DNA of 64,000 bases from an uncultured Anaerolineaceae bacterium (GTDB lineage: Bacteria; Chloroflexota; Limnocylindria; Limnocylindrales; CSP1-4). Position numbers and translations under genes: made by a program. Below are positions 37,631-48,528 of this stretch, piece by piece. The notes below the pieces were generated by a model. That model was not told the DNA's origin and searched no databases. It saw only the letters and a program-made list of their open reading frames with translations. Every line of letters begins with the position of its first letter. The stretch's first letter is position 1. Location of the stretch: contig CAYRTS010000002.1 in assembly GCA_964427285.1 (NCBI GenBank), positions 8,269 through 72,268 on the forward strand. Direction: 5' to 3'.

Positions 37631-38935
37631 ATGATCCGTCGCTACACACTCCCTGAGATGGGCGCGATCTGGTCCGACCAGGCTCGCTTCGAGGCCATGC
37701 TGCGCGTGGAACTGGCGGTCGCGCGAGTGCAGACAGCCCGGGGAGCGATCCCGCAGTCGGCCCTGACCGCCCTCGAATCGCGCGCCCGCGTCGATATCGA
37801 TCGCATCGCCGAGATCGAGCGGACGACCGACCACGACGTGATCGCGTTTGTCAGCCAGATCGCCGAAACGGTCGGACCTGAGGGGCGGTTCCTCCACATG
37901 GGCCTGACCAGCAGCGATGTGGTCGACACCGCCCTCGCGCTCCAGCTTCGGGCGGCCGGAAAACGGCTGCTGCTCGATGCCGACGGGCTTCTCGGCGCGG
38001 TCGTCGCCCGCGCACGGGCCGAGGCGGACACGGTGATGATGGGGCGAACACATTCGGTGCATGCGGAGCCGACGACACTTGGTCTCAAGCTGGCCGGCTG
38101 GGCATTCGAAGTTGATCGGGGCCGGATGCGCCTCGCGGCCGCCGTGGACGAGATCGGAACGGGCAAGATTTCCGGGCCTGTTGGCACCTACTCCCACCTG
38201 GCCCCCGATGTCGAGACGGAGGTCCTGGCGGCCCTCGGGCTGCATGCGGATCCGGTGAGCACGCAGATCGTCCAACGCGACCGGCACGCGGCGCTGCTCA
38301 CGGCGATCGCGATCCTGGGCGGTTCGCTGGAGCGTTTTGCGACGGAGGTCCGCAACCTCCAGCACTCCGAGATCGGCGAGCTCCAGGAGCCGTTCAAGCC
38401 GGGCCAGAAGGGCTCGTCCGCAATGCCCCACAAGCGCAACCCCATCCTGTCCGAGCGGATCGCCGGTCTGGCCAGGCTCCTGCGCGGCTACGCCCACACC
38501 GCGCTCGAGGACCAGCCGCTCTGGCACGAGCGAGACATCAGCCATAGCAGCGCCGAGCGGGTGATCCTGCCCGACGCGACGATCGTGCTGGACTACATGC
38601 TGGTGCGCATGGCGGGGCTCGTCGAGGGGCTGGTGGTCCGGCCCGATCGAATGCGCGAGAACATCGAGCGCGGCTACGGCCTGCATGCCTCGTCGCGGGT
38701 GCTGAGCCTCCTGATCGAGTCGGGTCTCGCGCGCGACGATGCCTACGCGATCGTCCAGCGCGCGGCGTTGCGAGCGGCGGACGATCGGGTGCCGCTGCGC
38801 GGGCTGCTGGCGATCGATGCCACCGTCGCCCAGCGGGTGCCCCTGGCAACGCTGGACGCCTGTTTTGACGACACGGCGTTCCTGGCCCACGTGCCGCAGG
38901 TGATGGCGCGCCTGGATCGACTCAATGCTCGCTGA
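37631..38935 (+). CDS. purB: adenylosuccinate lyase
   Basis: The N-terminus is MIRRYTLPEMGAIWSDQARFEAMLRVE. The fumarate-lyase signature GSSAMPHKRNP is present. Confidence 0.9.
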   Translation: MIRRYTLPEMGAIWSDQARFEAMLRVELAVARVQTARGAIPQSALTALESRARVDIDRIAEIERTTDHDVIAFVSQIAETVGPEGRFLHMGLTSSDVVDTALALQLRAAGKRLLLDADGLLGAVVARARAEADTVMMGRTHSVHAEPTTLGLKLAGWAFEVDRGRMRLAAAVDEIGTGKISGPVGTYSHLAPDVETEVLAALGLHADPVSTQIVQRDRHAALLTAIAILGGSLERFATEVRNLQHSEIGELQEPFKPGQKGSSAMPHKRNPILSERIAGLARLLRGYAHTALEDQPLWHERDISHSSAERVILPDATIVLDYMLVRMAGLVEGLVVRPDRMRENIERGYGLHASSRVLSLLIESGLARDDAYAIVQRAALRAADDRVPLRGLLAIDATVAQRVPLATLDACFDDTAFLAHVPQVMARLDRLNAR

Positions 38936-39977
38936 GTCCTTCCTGCGTTCCGGCAAGGTCCGCGACCTGTATTCCGTGCCGGGTGGAAGGCTCGTCCTGA
39001 CGGCGTCGGACCGGATCTCGGCCTTCGACGTTGTCCTGCCGTCGCTGGTCCCCGACAAGGGACGGGTGCTCACAGGACTGTCCCGTTTCTGGTTTGCCGA
39101 AACCGCGGGGATCGTGCCGAACCACCTGCTGGACACCGACGTCGAGGTGCTGCTCCAGGCATTCGCCACGCCGGCGTCCTCAGATGTCGGGCTTTCGCTT
39201 GACGACCTCCGCGGCCGGATCATGATCTGCCGTCCGACGCAGGTCGTCCCGATTGAGGCCGTCGTCCGCGGCTACCTCGCAGGTTCCGGCTGGAAGGAGT
39301 ACCGCGAGCGGGGGACCGTGTGCGGGATCTCGCTGCCGGCCGGGCTTCGTGAGGGCGATCGGCTGCCGGAGCCGATCTTCACGCCGGCCACCAAGGCCGA
39401 GGCCGGCGCCCACGACGAGAACCTCAGCTTTGACGCGATGATCGAGTACGTCGCGGCACAGTCGCTTGATCCGGCGTGGGCCGGGCCGCTGGCCGAGGCG
39501 ATCCGCCAGCGCGCGCTGGCGCTGTTCGGGTATGGGGCCGCGATCGCCGCCCGGCGCGGGATCCTGCTGGCCGACACGAAGTTCGAATTCGGGCTCGCGG
39601 TGCCAGGCCTTGAAACCGCGGGCGGTCGATCCGAAGATGGCCTGATCACGTTGCGACCGAACCTTGACCCCCGCTCGGAGATGATCCCCGATGGCTGGCC
39701 CGAGTCCAGCCTGATCCTGATCGATGAGGTCATGACCCCGGACTCGTCGCGGTTCTGGGACGCGGCGTCGTACGAGCCCGGTCGGCCGCAGGTCAGTTTC
39801 GACAAGCAGTTCGTGCGCGACTGGCTGGAGACGCAAGACTGGGACAAGGCCGCGCCCGGGCCGGAGCTGCCAGCGGAGGTGATCGAAGGCACTCGCGCCC
39901 GCTACATCGAGGCCTACGAGCGGATCACTGGCGCCAGCTTCAAGCGCTACCTGGAGGAGGACGTGATCGCCCCATGA
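38925..39977 (+). CDS. purC: phosphoribosylaminoimidazole-succinocarboxamide synthase
   Basis: The protein has GKVRDLYSV and LVLTASDRISAFD, typical of SAICAR synthetase. Confidence 0.85.
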   Translation: MLAESFLRSGKVRDLYSVPGGRLVLTASDRISAFDVVLPSLVPDKGRVLTGLSRFWFAETAGIVPNHLLDTDVEVLLQAFATPASSDVGLSLDDLRGRIMICRPTQVVPIEAVVRGYLAGSGWKEYRERGTVCGISLPAGLREGDRLPEPIFTPATKAEAGAHDENLSFDAMIEYVAAQSLDPAWAGPLAEAIRQRALALFGYGAAIAARRGILLADTKFEFGLAVPGLETAGGRSEDGLITLRPNLDPRSEMIPDGWPESSLILIDEVMTPDSSRFWDAASYEPGRPQVSFDKQFVRDWLETQDWDKAAPGPELPAEVIEGTRARYIEAYERITGASFKRYLEEDVIAP

Positions 39978-40279
39978 CCAGCTTCCGGTTCGCCGTCAAC
40001 GTCACCCCCAAGCCCGGCATCCTGGATCCCCAGGGTCGGGCGGTGGAGGGGAGTCTCGGTCACCTCGGGATCAGTGGTGTCAGCGGCGTGCGGGTCGGCC
40101 GCCGGGTCGAACTGACGGTGGACGCCGCCGACGTGGCGTCGGCCAGGGTGGTCGTGGAGCGCCTGGCCGGGGAGTTGCTGTCCAACCCCCTGATCGAGGC
40201 GTACGAGATCGCGCCGCTCGGCGCCGCCTCATCGATCGTCGGCGTGGCGGGCAAGCCTGACGTGGCGGGGCAGGCCTGA
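39974..40279 (+). CDS. purS: phosphoribosylformylglycinamidine synthase subunit PurS
   Basis: The protein contains FAVNVTPKPGILDPQGRAVEGSL. It is a small PurS-like gene located between purC and purQ. Confidence 0.8.
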   Translation: MTSFRFAVNVTPKPGILDPQGRAVEGSLGHLGISGVSGVRVGRRVELTVDAADVASARVVVERLAGELLSNPLIEAYEIAPLGAASSIVGVAGKPDVAGQA

Positions 40280-40280
40280 C

Positions 40281-41027
40281 GTGGCGGTCCGGATCGGGGT
40301 CGTCGTCTTCCCTGGCAGCAATTGCGATCGTGACACCCTGCATGCCCTGGACCTCGCCGGCGCCGAGGCCGTGAGCCTGTGGCACGAACAGGCGACGCTT
40401 GGTGGCGTCGCGGCGGTGGTCCTGCCGGGCGGCTTCGCGTACGGCGACTACCTGCGGGCCGGTGCGATCGCCCGGTTCAGCCCGATCATGCGGGCGGTTG
40501 CCGCGTTTGCGGCCGGCGGCGGCCTCGTCCTGGGGATCTGCAACGGCTTCCAGGTCCTCGCCGAGGCGGGTCTCGTGCCTGGCGCGCTGCTGCGCAACGC
40601 GTCCCTTCGCTTCGTCGCCAAGGAGGTGTCGATCGCCCCTGTGCGACTCGATACGGCGTTCACCCACGCCCTGGCTTCGCGGAGCCCGTTGCGCATGCCG
40701 GTGGCCCATGGCGAGGGCTGCTTTTACGCGGACGAGGTGACCCTCGATGCCCTCGAGCGCGACGGAGCGATCCTGTTCCGTTACGTCGATGCGGCCGGTG
40801 CCCCCGCTCAACCTGGCGCCCCGGCGAACCCCAACGGCTCCCTCCGGGCGATCGCCGGGGTCCTCAATGCAGCCGGCAACGTGGCCGCACTGATGCCGCA
40901 TCCCGAGCGGGCGGCCGAGGCGATCCTTGGCTCCGACGACGGGATGGGGATCATCCGCTCACTGGTCGAGAGCGCAGCGCGCGCGACCAACGTGGCCCGA
41001 AACCCGGTCGGAGCGGGCACCCGATGA
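40281..41027 (+). CDS. purQ: phosphoribosylformylglycinamidine synthase glutaminase subunit
   Basis: The N-terminus is [18 protein letters not shown], with a class-I glutamine amidotransferase triad (GICNGFQ, MPHPER). Confidence 0.9.
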   Translation: MAVRIGVVVFPGSNCDRDTLHALDLAGAEAVSLWHEQATLGGVAAVVLPGGFAYGDYLRAGAIARFSPIMRAVAAFAAGGGLVLGICNGFQVLAEAGLVPGALLRNASLRFVAKEVSIAPVRLDTAFTHALASRSPLRMPVAHGEGCFYADEVTLDALERDGAILFRYVDAAGAPAQPGAPANPNGSLRAIAGVLNAAGNVAALMPHPERAAEAILGSDDGMGIIRSLVESAARATNVARNPVGAGTR

Positions 41028-43348
41028 CCCTGGCCGAGCGCCCGGTCGAGCCGCTCCATCGCCGGCTGGGCGTCACCGACGAAGAACTGACTGCCATTCG
41101 CGACCGGCTTGGTGGCCGCGAGCCCAACGACCTCGAGCTCGCCATGTTCAGCGTCATGTGGAGCGAGCACTGCTCGTACAAGAGCTCGAAGCCCTTGCTG
41201 CGCACCCTGCCGACCGCGGGCGCCGGCGTGATCGCCGGTCCGGGTGAGAACGCGGGCGTGATCTCGATCGGGGACGGGCTGGCGGTCGCGTTCAAGATCG
41301 AGTCGCACAACCATCCGTCCGCGGTCGAGCCATATCAAGGCGCCGCGACCGGCGTGGGTGGCATCCTGCGGGACATCTTCACGATGGGCGCACGACCGAT
41401 CGCCATCCTCGATGCGCTTCGGTTTGGCGATCCGGCAAGCCCACGAACACGCCACCTCGTCGACGGTGTCGTCCGCGGCGTCGGCGGGTACGGCAACTGC
41501 GTCGGCGTCCCGACGGTCGGCGGCGAGCTGGTGTTCGATCCGAGCTACGGGGGCAATCCGCTGGTCAACGTGATGGCGATCGGGTTGATGGAGGAGCGCC
41601 TGCTGACCCTTGCGGCGGCCCCCGGCCCGGGCAACCTGGTCGTGCTGTTCGGCTCGACGACCGGCCGTGACGGGATCGGTGGGGCCTCCGTACTCGCGAG
41701 TGCCACGTTCACGGACGACGACCCGTCGAAGCGCCCGAGCGTCCAGGTCGGCGACCCGTTCGCCGAGAAACTGCTGATCGAAGCGTCGCTCGAGCTGATC
41801 GAACGCGGTCTCGTCGAGGGGCTGCAGGACCTGGGTGCCGGCGGGATCACGTGTGCCACCTCGGAGACCGCGGATCGGGCGGGTACCGGGATCGTGATCG
41901 ACCTGGACGCGATCCCGCGCCGTGAACCCGGGCTTGAACCGTTCGAAGTGCTCATCTCGGAATCGCAGGAGCGGATGTGCGCGGCCGTTCGCCTGGACCG
42001 TTGGCCGGCGGTCCGCGAGGTGTGCGAACGCTGGGGCCTCCCGGTGGCGGTGATCGGACGGGTAACCGCGGACCGCGACATCGCCGTTGTCTCCGGCGGC
42101 CTGGACGCCGACGGCCGACCGGCGACGGGTGCGCTCGAGCTCGCCCGGATCCCGGCCAGCGCGCTGACCAGCGATGCCATCGTCCACGACCGGATCGCGC
42201 TGGCCCCGACCCATCGACGGTTGGCGCCCGCCCCCGGGGCAGCAGCCGCCGCCACGGACAACCTGCCGGAGCACGGGATGGACCCGGGGGCCGTGCTCCT
42301 GGCCTTGCTCGGCTCGCCCAATCTCGCCAGTCGGCGCCCGGTGTTCGAGCAGTACGACTCGACAGTCGGGGCAGGCACGGTCACCGGGCCGGGTCGCGGT
42401 GCCGCGGTCATCCGGATCAAGGGAACCACCAAGGCGCTCGTCGCCTCGACCGACGGCAATCAGGCGGTCGGGCAACTCAACCCGTGGCTGGGCGCCGCGC
42501 TGTCAGTCGCGGAGGCCACCCGCAATGTGTCGATCACCGGTGCGCGCCCGCTTGGTGTGACGAATTGCCTCAACTATGGCGACCCGACCCGCCCGGAGGC
42601 GTTCTGGCAACTGCGCGAAGGGGTCCGGGGCCTTGGTGACGCCTGTCGCGCCCTCGGCGTGCCGGTCACCGGCGGCAACGTCTCGCTCTACAACGAGTCG
42701 CCGGCCGGCGCCATCGCCCCCACGCCAGAAATTGGCGTCGTGGGGCTGCTCGACGACGTGGCCCGTCTCGTGGGGCCAGCGTTCCGGGCGGCCGGGGACG
42801 TGGTCCTGCTGGTTGGCGACGCGACGCCCGGGCTGGCCGGATCCGCCTACGCCACGCTTGCCGGCACCACCTCCGAGGACGGCCCGCCGGACCTGGACCT
42901 CGCGCGTGAAGCCGCGCTCCAGGCGTACGTCCTCGACGCGATCGGGCGTGGCCTGGTGGCCTCGGCCCAGGACGTCTCCGGCGGCGGGCTGGCGGTTGCG
43001 CTGGCCGAGTCCGCGATGTGGGGCGGCGTCGGAGCCTCGGTCAGGGTTGCGCTCGCGGCCTCGCCGGCCGTCGTCCTGTTTGGCGAGAGCCCGTCCCGGC
43101 TCGTACTGAGCAGTACGGTCGCGCAAGCTCCGGTGCTGGAGTTGCTTGCCCGCCAGCACGGCCTGCCCGTGGAGCGTGTCGGCGTCGTGGGCGGCAGCGC
43201 ACTCGTGATCGAATCAACCGGGGCCGGCCCGCTCGGAGCCGCCGAGGAGCGTGGCAGCCGGGTGGCCGACGCCCTCGAGGTTTCGCTGGTGGACCTGCGT
43301 CGCGCCTGGGACCACGGTCTCTCGCGGGCGCTCGGCTGGGAGGGCTGA
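41024..43348 (+). CDS. purL: phosphoribosylformylglycinamidine synthase subunit PurL
   Basis: An ATG at 41024 overlaps the purQ stop (ATGA). The protein has [18 protein letters not shown] and tandem AIRS-like domains. Confidence 0.9.
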   Translation: MTLAERPVEPLHRRLGVTDEELTAIRDRLGGREPNDLELAMFSVMWSEHCSYKSSKPLLRTLPTAGAGVIAGPGENAGVISIGDGLAVAFKIESHNHPSAVEPYQGAATGVGGILRDIFTMGARPIAILDALRFGDPASPRTRHLVDGVVRGVGGYGNCVGVPTVGGELVFDPSYGGNPLVNVMAIGLMEERLLTLAAAPGPGNLVVLFGSTTGRDGIGGASVLASATFTDDDPSKRPSVQVGDPFAEKLLIEASLELIERGLVEGLQDLGAGGITCATSETADRAGTGIVIDLDAIPRREPGLEPFEVLISESQERMCAAVRLDRWPAVREVCERWGLPVAVIGRVTADRDIAVVSGGLDADGRPATGALELARIPASALTSDAIVHDRIALAPTHRRLAPAPGAAAAATDNLPEHGMDPGAVLLALLGSPNLASRRPVFEQYDSTVGAGTVTGPGRGAAVIRIKGTTKALVASTDGNQAVGQLNPWLGAALSVAEATRNVSITGARPLGVTNCLNYGDPTRPEAFWQLREGVRGLGDACRALGVPVTGGNVSLYNESPAGAIAPTPEIGVVGLLDDVARLVGPAFRAAGDVVLLVGDATPGLAGSAYATLAGTTSEDGPPDLDLAREAALQAYVLDAIGRGLVASAQDVSGGGLAVALAESAMWGGVGASVRVALAASPAVVLFGESPSRLVLSSTVAQAPVLELLARQHGLPVERVGVVGGSALVIESTGAGPLGAAEERGSRVADALEVSLVDLRRAWDHGLSRALGWEG

Positions 43349-43351
43349 GCG

Positions 43352-44818
43352 ATGTGCGGCGTTTTCGGGGCCGTGCTCCCGGGGGGTGAGCCAACGGACG
43401 CGGCCTCCGTGGCGGCGCTGGGCCTGTTCGCCCTCCAGCATCGTGGCCAGGAATCGGCCGGGTTGGCGGTCAGCGACGGCGAGCAGCTCATGCTCTACAA
43501 GGACCTCGGGATGATCAGCACCGTGCTCGACGAGCGCCGCTTGCCCAGCCTGCGCGGCCAGTTGGCCATCGCCCATTGTCGCTACTCGACCACCGGCTCG
43601 ACCATCTGGGAAAACGCCCAGCCAACGTATCGTCTCGGGCCGCGACGCGCGCTGGCCATCGGGCACAACGGCAACCTGGTCAACACCCGGGACCTGCTGA
43701 GCCAGCTCCAGGGCGGCCGGACGCGGCTGCCCGCGTCTACTGACACGGAGCTGCTCACCGCGCTGCTTGCGGACGAGCCGGCCGCCGACACCGTGGAGGC
43801 CCTCCGCCAGGTGCTCCCACGGGTTCGGGGCGCGTACAGCCTGGTCGTGCTCGATGAGCGTCGGGTCATCGGGGTGCGCGACCCATTCGGGTTCCGGCCC
43901 CTGGTGCTCGGGCGGCTGACGCGCCCGCTCGTGGGTGGCCGCGACGATGGACTGTGGCGCGACGACGACGCCACGACCGGTTGGTGCCTGTCGTCGGAGA
44001 CGGCCGCGCTCGACATCGTGGGCGCCGAGTACGTGCGCGACGTCGAACCGGGCGAGCTGGTCATCCTCGAGCCGGGACAGTCGCCGCGGTCCGTCCGCTT
44101 CGCGGCGGCCACGCCGGCGCTGTGCGTCTTCGAGCTGATCTACTTCGCGCGGCCGGACTCGTATATGGAAGGGCGCAACCTGTATGAGGCCCGTCGCCAG
44201 ATGGGGATCCAGCTGGCGTCCGAGCATGCGGTCGACGCGGACCTCGTGATGCCCGTGCCAGACACCGGCGCTCCGGCTGCCGCTGGCTACGCCGAGGCGT
44301 CCGGCATCCCGTACCGCGAGGGGATGTATCGCAACCGCTACGCCGGCCGAACCTTCATTCAGCCGTCCGCCGGGCTGCGTCACCGCGGTGTGACGATCAA
44401 GCTCAATCCGCTGCCGGCGGTGGTCGCCGGCAAGCGGCTGATCGTCGTCGATGACTCCATCGTGCGCGGCACCACGACCAAGCGGATCGTCGACCTGTTG
44501 CGTCGCGCCGGGGCGACCGAGGTCCATGTCCGCATCAGCGCGCCGCCGATCTACCACCCGTGCTTCTACGGGATCGATACGCAGGTCGAGACGGAGCTGA
44601 TCGCGGCGACCCACACGGAACCCGAAATCCGGGACTTCATCGGGGCCGATTCACTTGGCTACCTGTCGATCCGGGGGGTGCTCGCGGCACTCGAGCTGCC
44701 GTATGAGCGGTTCTGTTTCGCCTGCTTTGACGGCAAGTACCCGGAGCCCGTCCCATATGATCCGTCGCGCCGCAAGTTTGTCCTCGAGGAACCCGTGGGT
44801 GCCGCACCCGGTGGCTGA
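43352..44818 (+). CDS. purF: amidophosphoribosyltransferase
   Basis: The N-terminus is MCGVFG, an Ntn Cys. It has LQHRGQESAGLA and a PRTase domain. Confidence 0.9.
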   Translation: MCGVFGAVLPGGEPTDAASVAALGLFALQHRGQESAGLAVSDGEQLMLYKDLGMISTVLDERRLPSLRGQLAIAHCRYSTTGSTIWENAQPTYRLGPRRALAIGHNGNLVNTRDLLSQLQGGRTRLPASTDTELLTALLADEPAADTVEALRQVLPRVRGAYSLVVLDERRVIGVRDPFGFRPLVLGRLTRPLVGGRDDGLWRDDDATTGWCLSSETAALDIVGAEYVRDVEPGELVILEPGQSPRSVRFAAATPALCVFELIYFARPDSYMEGRNLYEARRQMGIQLASEHAVDADLVMPVPDTGAPAAAGYAEASGIPYREGMYRNRYAGRTFIQPSAGLRHRGVTIKLNPLPAVVAGKRLIVVDDSIVRGTTTKRIVDLLRRAGATEVHVRISAPPIYHPCFYGIDTQVETELIAATHTEPEIRDFIGADSLGYLSIRGVLAALELPYERFCFACFDGKYPEPVPYDPSRRKFVLEEPVGAAPGG

Positions 44819-46010
44819 GGGACGGGCGGCCTATCGACGGTCCGGCGTTGATGTCGCGGCCGGGGAGCGGGCGGTCGACCTGATCCGCGGCCACGTTGAA
44901 TCGACGCGTCGGCCCGAGGTGCTCGGCGGACTGGGCGGCTTCGGCGGCGCGTTCGCGATCCCCGACGGCTACCGCGAGCCACTCCTCGTCGCCTCGACCG
45001 ACGGGGTCGGCACCAAGACGGCCATCGCCACCCGGGTCGGGCGGTTCGATACGATCGGGATCGATCTTGTGGCCATGTGCGTCGACGACGTCGTCTGTAC
45101 GGGCGCCGAGCCGCTGGCCTTCCTGGACTACGTCGCCGTCGGGGAACTGGACCCGGTCGCCGTTGCGGAACTGGTCAGCGGCGTGGCGGTGGGCTGCCGC
45201 GCCGCGGGCTGTGCCCTCGTGGGCGGCGAGACGGCGGAACACCCGGGGCTGATGACAGCCGACGCCTTCGACCTGGCCGGGACGGCGATCGGGGTCGTCG
45301 AGCGCACCCGGGTCATCGACGGCTCCGCGGTGCGGGCCGGTGACGCGATCGTCGGTGTTGCCTCGTCAGGTCTGCACGCCAACGGCTACTCGCTGGTTCG
45401 CGCGCTGATGGCCGAGTGGGACCTGGACCTCGCCGAGCCCTACCAGGCGCGACTTCGTCGAACGCTCGGGGATGCCGCTGCGACGTCTGCCCTGGAAGGC
45501 GCGGAGCATGAGGCGATGGCCACGCTCGGCGAGGTGCTCTTGACCCCGACCCTGATCTATGCCCGGGCCATCCTCGCCGTTCGTCAGACGCTGGTGGGCC
45601 TGGGCTGGGATCTGCATGGCCTCGCGCACATCACCGGTGGGGGCCTGCCCGGCAACGTGCCACGGGCGCTGCCGGCCGGACTGGCGGCCCGACTCGACCC
45701 CTCGCGCTGGGTGATGCCGTCAGTTATGCGGCTCATCGGCGCCCTGGGTGGCTTGGATGACGCGGAGCTGCGCGCGACCTTCAACGGCGGTCTCGGGATG
45801 ATCGCTGTCGTGCCACTGGTCGCAACTGCGGCCACGATTGCTGCGCTCGGACAGCACGGTTTCGTCGGGATCCAGGTCGGCGAGGTCGTCGACGCGGTGC
45901 CCCCCGCCGCGGACCCGGGTGCCGCGATCGCCCCTGATGCCGCGGCCGTTCCGCCCGCCCGCTACATCGAGGGGCCGCTGGAGGGCCTGCCCGCGGAGCT
46001 CGCCCGATGA
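44811..46010 (+). CDS. purM: phosphoribosylformylglycinamidine cyclo-ligase (AIR synthetase)
   Basis: GTG starts at 44811 or 44799 overlap the purF stop. The sequence YRRSGVDVAAGERAV...VASTDGVGTK is typical of PurM. Confidence 0.8.
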   Translation: MAEGRAAYRRSGVDVAAGERAVDLIRGHVESTRRPEVLGGLGGFGGAFAIPDGYREPLLVASTDGVGTKTAIATRVGRFDTIGIDLVAMCVDDVVCTGAEPLAFLDYVAVGELDPVAVAELVSGVAVGCRAAGCALVGGETAEHPGLMTADAFDLAGTAIGVVERTRVIDGSAVRAGDAIVGVASSGLHANGYSLVRALMAEWDLDLAEPYQARLRRTLGDAAATSALEGAEHEAMATLGEVLLTPTLIYARAILAVRQTLVGLGWDLHGLAHITGGGLPGNVPRALPAGLAARLDPSRWVMPSVMRLIGALGGLDDAELRATFNGGLGMIAVVPLVATAATIAALGQHGFVGIQVGEVVDAVPPAADPGAAIAPDAAAVPPARYIEGPLEGLPAELAR

Positions 46011-48250
46011 CTGGACGGATCGCCGTCGGCGTCTCGGGCGGGGGCTCGAATCTGCGGGCCATGGCCGCCGCGGCCGAGCGTCGCGAGCTTGGCGGGGAGA
46101 TCGCGCTGGTCTTCGCCGATCGAGCCTGTCCGGCGCTCGACTGGGCCGCGGAGCAAGGGATCGACACCGCGCTGGTGCCCCGCGGCGATGACCTGGCACT
46201 CACCGCGACGCTGGAGGCTGTCCGGGCGGACGTCGTCGTCCTGGCGGGATACATGCGGATCATCGGCCCGGCCATGCTGGCGGCATTCGGCGGCCGGATC
46301 CTCAATACCCATCCATCGCTCCTGCCGGCCTTCCCCGGGGCGCATGCAGTGACTGACGCCATCGCCCACGGCGTGACCGTAACCGGCTGCACCGTTCACC
46401 TGGTCGACGCGAGCCTCGACGGCGGCCCGATCATCGTCCAGGAGGCGGTGCCGGTTCTCCCCGGCGAAGATGCTGAGACCGTGCACGACCGGATCCGCGC
46501 GGTCGAGCACCGACTCCTGCCCCGCGCCGTCGCCTTGCTGCTGGCGGGCGCGCTCTCGGTTGCGCCGGATGGACGGCACGTGATCGCGGACCTGGGACTG
46601 GCCGATGCGCGCGTCCCGCTGCCGCGACGCGCGCTCCTGTCCGTCTCCGACAAGTCGGGACTCGTGGACCTCGGTCGGGGACTCGTCGCCCGTGGGTTCG
46701 AGCTGGTGTCGACCGGCGGGACGGCGAGGGCGCTGCGCGACGGGGGCCTCCCGGTCACCGATGTCGCTGCGGTCACGGGATCGCCACAGATGCTCGACGG
46801 CCGAGTGAAGACCCTCCATCCGCGGGTGCATGCCGGCCTCCTGGCCGATCACCGGCTGGCTGATCACCGGCATCAGCTGCTGGGCGCCTGGATCGCACCG
46901 TTTGAAGTCGTGGTCGTCAACCTCTACCCGTTCGCGGCGGCGCTGGAGCGGCCCGGCATCACGCTGGACGAACTGATCGAGGAGATCGACATCGGCGGGC
47001 CGTCGATGGTCCGGGCGGCCGCCAAGAACCACGCCAACGTCGCGATCGTCACATCGCCCTCGCGTTACGCCGCGATCCTGGCGGCCCTCGACGCCGACGG
47101 CGGGATCGATGCCGGCCTCCGTCGCGCCCTCGCGCTCGAGGCGTTCGCCGTTAGCGCGGCCTACGATGCGCGGATCGCCGCGGAGCTCCCGGGCCGGATG
47201 GCCGCGGCGGGTCTCGAACTCCCCGACGAACCCGGGTTGCCCGGGGCCTCCGACCCGTATCCGCCGACGCTGACGGTCTCGCTCGACAAGGTCGAGACGC
47301 TCCGTTATGGCGAGAACCCGCACCAGCCCGCAGCACGCTACCGACGTCCGGGGACGACTCTCGACGATGGGCTGTTCGGCGTTGAGCGGATGCCGCTCCA
47401 GGGCAAGACCCTGTCCTACAACAACGTGCTCGACGCCGCCGCGGCATCAGGGCTGGGTCGCGCACTCCGCGGGCCTGCGGTGGTCATCGTGAAGCACACG
47501 AACCCGTGCGGCGCCGCGGAACGCGCCAACCTTGCTGATGCGTGGGCCGCGGCGCTTGGAGCGGACCCGGTGAGTGCCTTCGGCGGAGTGGTGGCGGTCA
47601 CCCGCGAGGTCGATCACGAGATGGCCCTCGCGTTCACCTCCATCTTTCTGGAGATCGTCATCGCTCCCGCGTACACCGCCGACGCGCTGGTGGTGCTGGC
47701 CACAAAACCCAACCTCCGGGTCCTCGTCGACGAGGCGCTCGCCGCCGATGCGCCCGTTGCGGCCGGCTCTACCTCGCCAACCGACGCCGTCCGGAGCGCT
47801 GGTGGCGCTGTCCTCGTCACGGCACCGGACACGAGCACCGACGATCCCGGCACGTGGACCTGTGCGACACCTCGAACGCCGACCGACCGGGAGCGGGAAG
47901 ATCTCGATCTCGCCTGGCGCCTCGTCCGGGGTATCACCTCGAACGCGATCGTCCTCGTCAAGGATTGCCGCCTCATCGGGCTGGGGAGCGGCCAGACCTC
48001 GAGGGTCGACGCCGCGCGGCAGGCCGTCGCCAAGGCCCGTGCCATGCTCGGCGAGGCGTCGACCGTGGGCGCGTCGTGCGCCAGCGATGCCTTCTTCCCG
48101 TTCCCCGATGCCGTCGAGGTGTGCCTGTCGGCCGGCGTGACCGCCGTTGTCCAGCCCGGCGGCTCCATGCGCGATGCAGAGGCGATCGCCGCCGTGGACG
48201 CCGCCGGCGGCACGATGCTGATGACCGGGATCCGCCACTTCCGCCATTGA
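46007..48250 (+). CDS. purNH: fused phosphoribosylglycinamide formyltransferase (PurN) and AICAR transformylase/IMP cyclohydrolase (PurH)
   Basis: This is a single 747-codon ORF with no stop. Residues 1-200 are PurN (NTHPSLLPAFPG, folate-binding). An ADLGLADARVPLPR linker follows. Then comes PurH with an MGS domain (RALLSVSDKSGLVDLGRGLVARGFELVSTGGTA) and AICARFT (GSGQTSRVDAARQAV). Confidence 0.8.
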   Translation: MTGRIAVGVSGGGSNLRAMAAAAERRELGGEIALVFADRACPALDWAAEQGIDTALVPRGDDLALTATLEAVRADVVVLAGYMRIIGPAMLAAFGGRILNTHPSLLPAFPGAHAVTDAIAHGVTVTGCTVHLVDASLDGGPIIVQEAVPVLPGEDAETVHDRIRAVEHRLLPRAVALLLAGALSVAPDGRHVIADLGLADARVPLPRRALLSVSDKSGLVDLGRGLVARGFELVSTGGTARALRDGGLPVTDVAAVTGSPQMLDGRVKTLHPRVHAGLLADHRLADHRHQLLGAWIAPFEVVVVNLYPFAAALERPGITLDELIEEIDIGGPSMVRAAAKNHANVAIVTSPSRYAAILAALDADGGIDAGLRRALALEAFAVSAAYDARIAAELPGRMAAAGLELPDEPGLPGASDPYPPTLTVSLDKVETLRYGENPHQPAARYRRPGTTLDDGLFGVERMPLQGKTLSYNNVLDAAAASGLGRALRGPAVVIVKHTNPCGAAERANLADAWAAALGADPVSAFGGVVAVTREVDHEMALAFTSIFLEIVIAPAYTADALVVLATKPNLRVLVDEALAADAPVAAGSTSPTDAVRSAGGAVLVTAPDTSTDDPGTWTCATPRTPTDREREDLDLAWRLVRGITSNAIVLVKDCRLIGLGSGQTSRVDAARQAVAKARAMLGEASTVGASCASDAFFPFPDAVEVCLSAGVTAVVQPGGSMRDAEAIAAVDAAGGTMLMTGIRHFRH

Positions 48251-48282
48251 CATCTTGATGCACATGGGCGATGCTTTGATGC

Positions 48283-48528
48283 ATGCGAACGACTGTGAAC
48301 ATCGATGCGGGGCTGCTGATCGAGGTCAAAACCGTCGCGGCACGATCAGGCCGCACGCTGAGTGCGGTGGTTGAGGACGCGGTCCGCGCTTCGATGGCAC
48401 GGCGGCGAGACGGCAACCGTTCGATGGTGCCGCCACTTCCCACGATTTCCGGGGGGGGACTCCAGCCTGGTGTCGACCTGGACGACAGCGCGGCTCTGCT
48501 GGACCTGATGGAGGGGACTTCGCCCTGA
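48283..48528 (+). CDS. vapB: type II antitoxin, ribbon-helix-helix (CopG/VapB-like)
   Basis: The 81 aa ORF has an RHH-like N-terminus (MRTTVNIDAGLLIEVKTVAARSGRTLSAVVEDAV). It lies immediately upstream of a PIN-domain gene. Confidence 0.7.
   Translation: MRTTVNIDAGLLIEVKTVAARSGRTLSAVVEDAVRASMARRRDGNRSMVPPLPTISGGGLQPGVDLDDSAALLDLMEGTSP

Noticed and set aside
40808-42475. 555-aa antisense ORF across purL, and similar ORFs at 51988..54093 - over groEL and 58608..60905 - over ligA
   Set aside because: These are shadow ORFs opposite highly conserved genes.
44655-44798. Long N-terminal extension of purM (ORF starting 44655) overlapping purF
   Set aside because: The extension is out of register with PurM homologs. 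The GTG at 44799/44811 yields the expected distance to the GVD motif.
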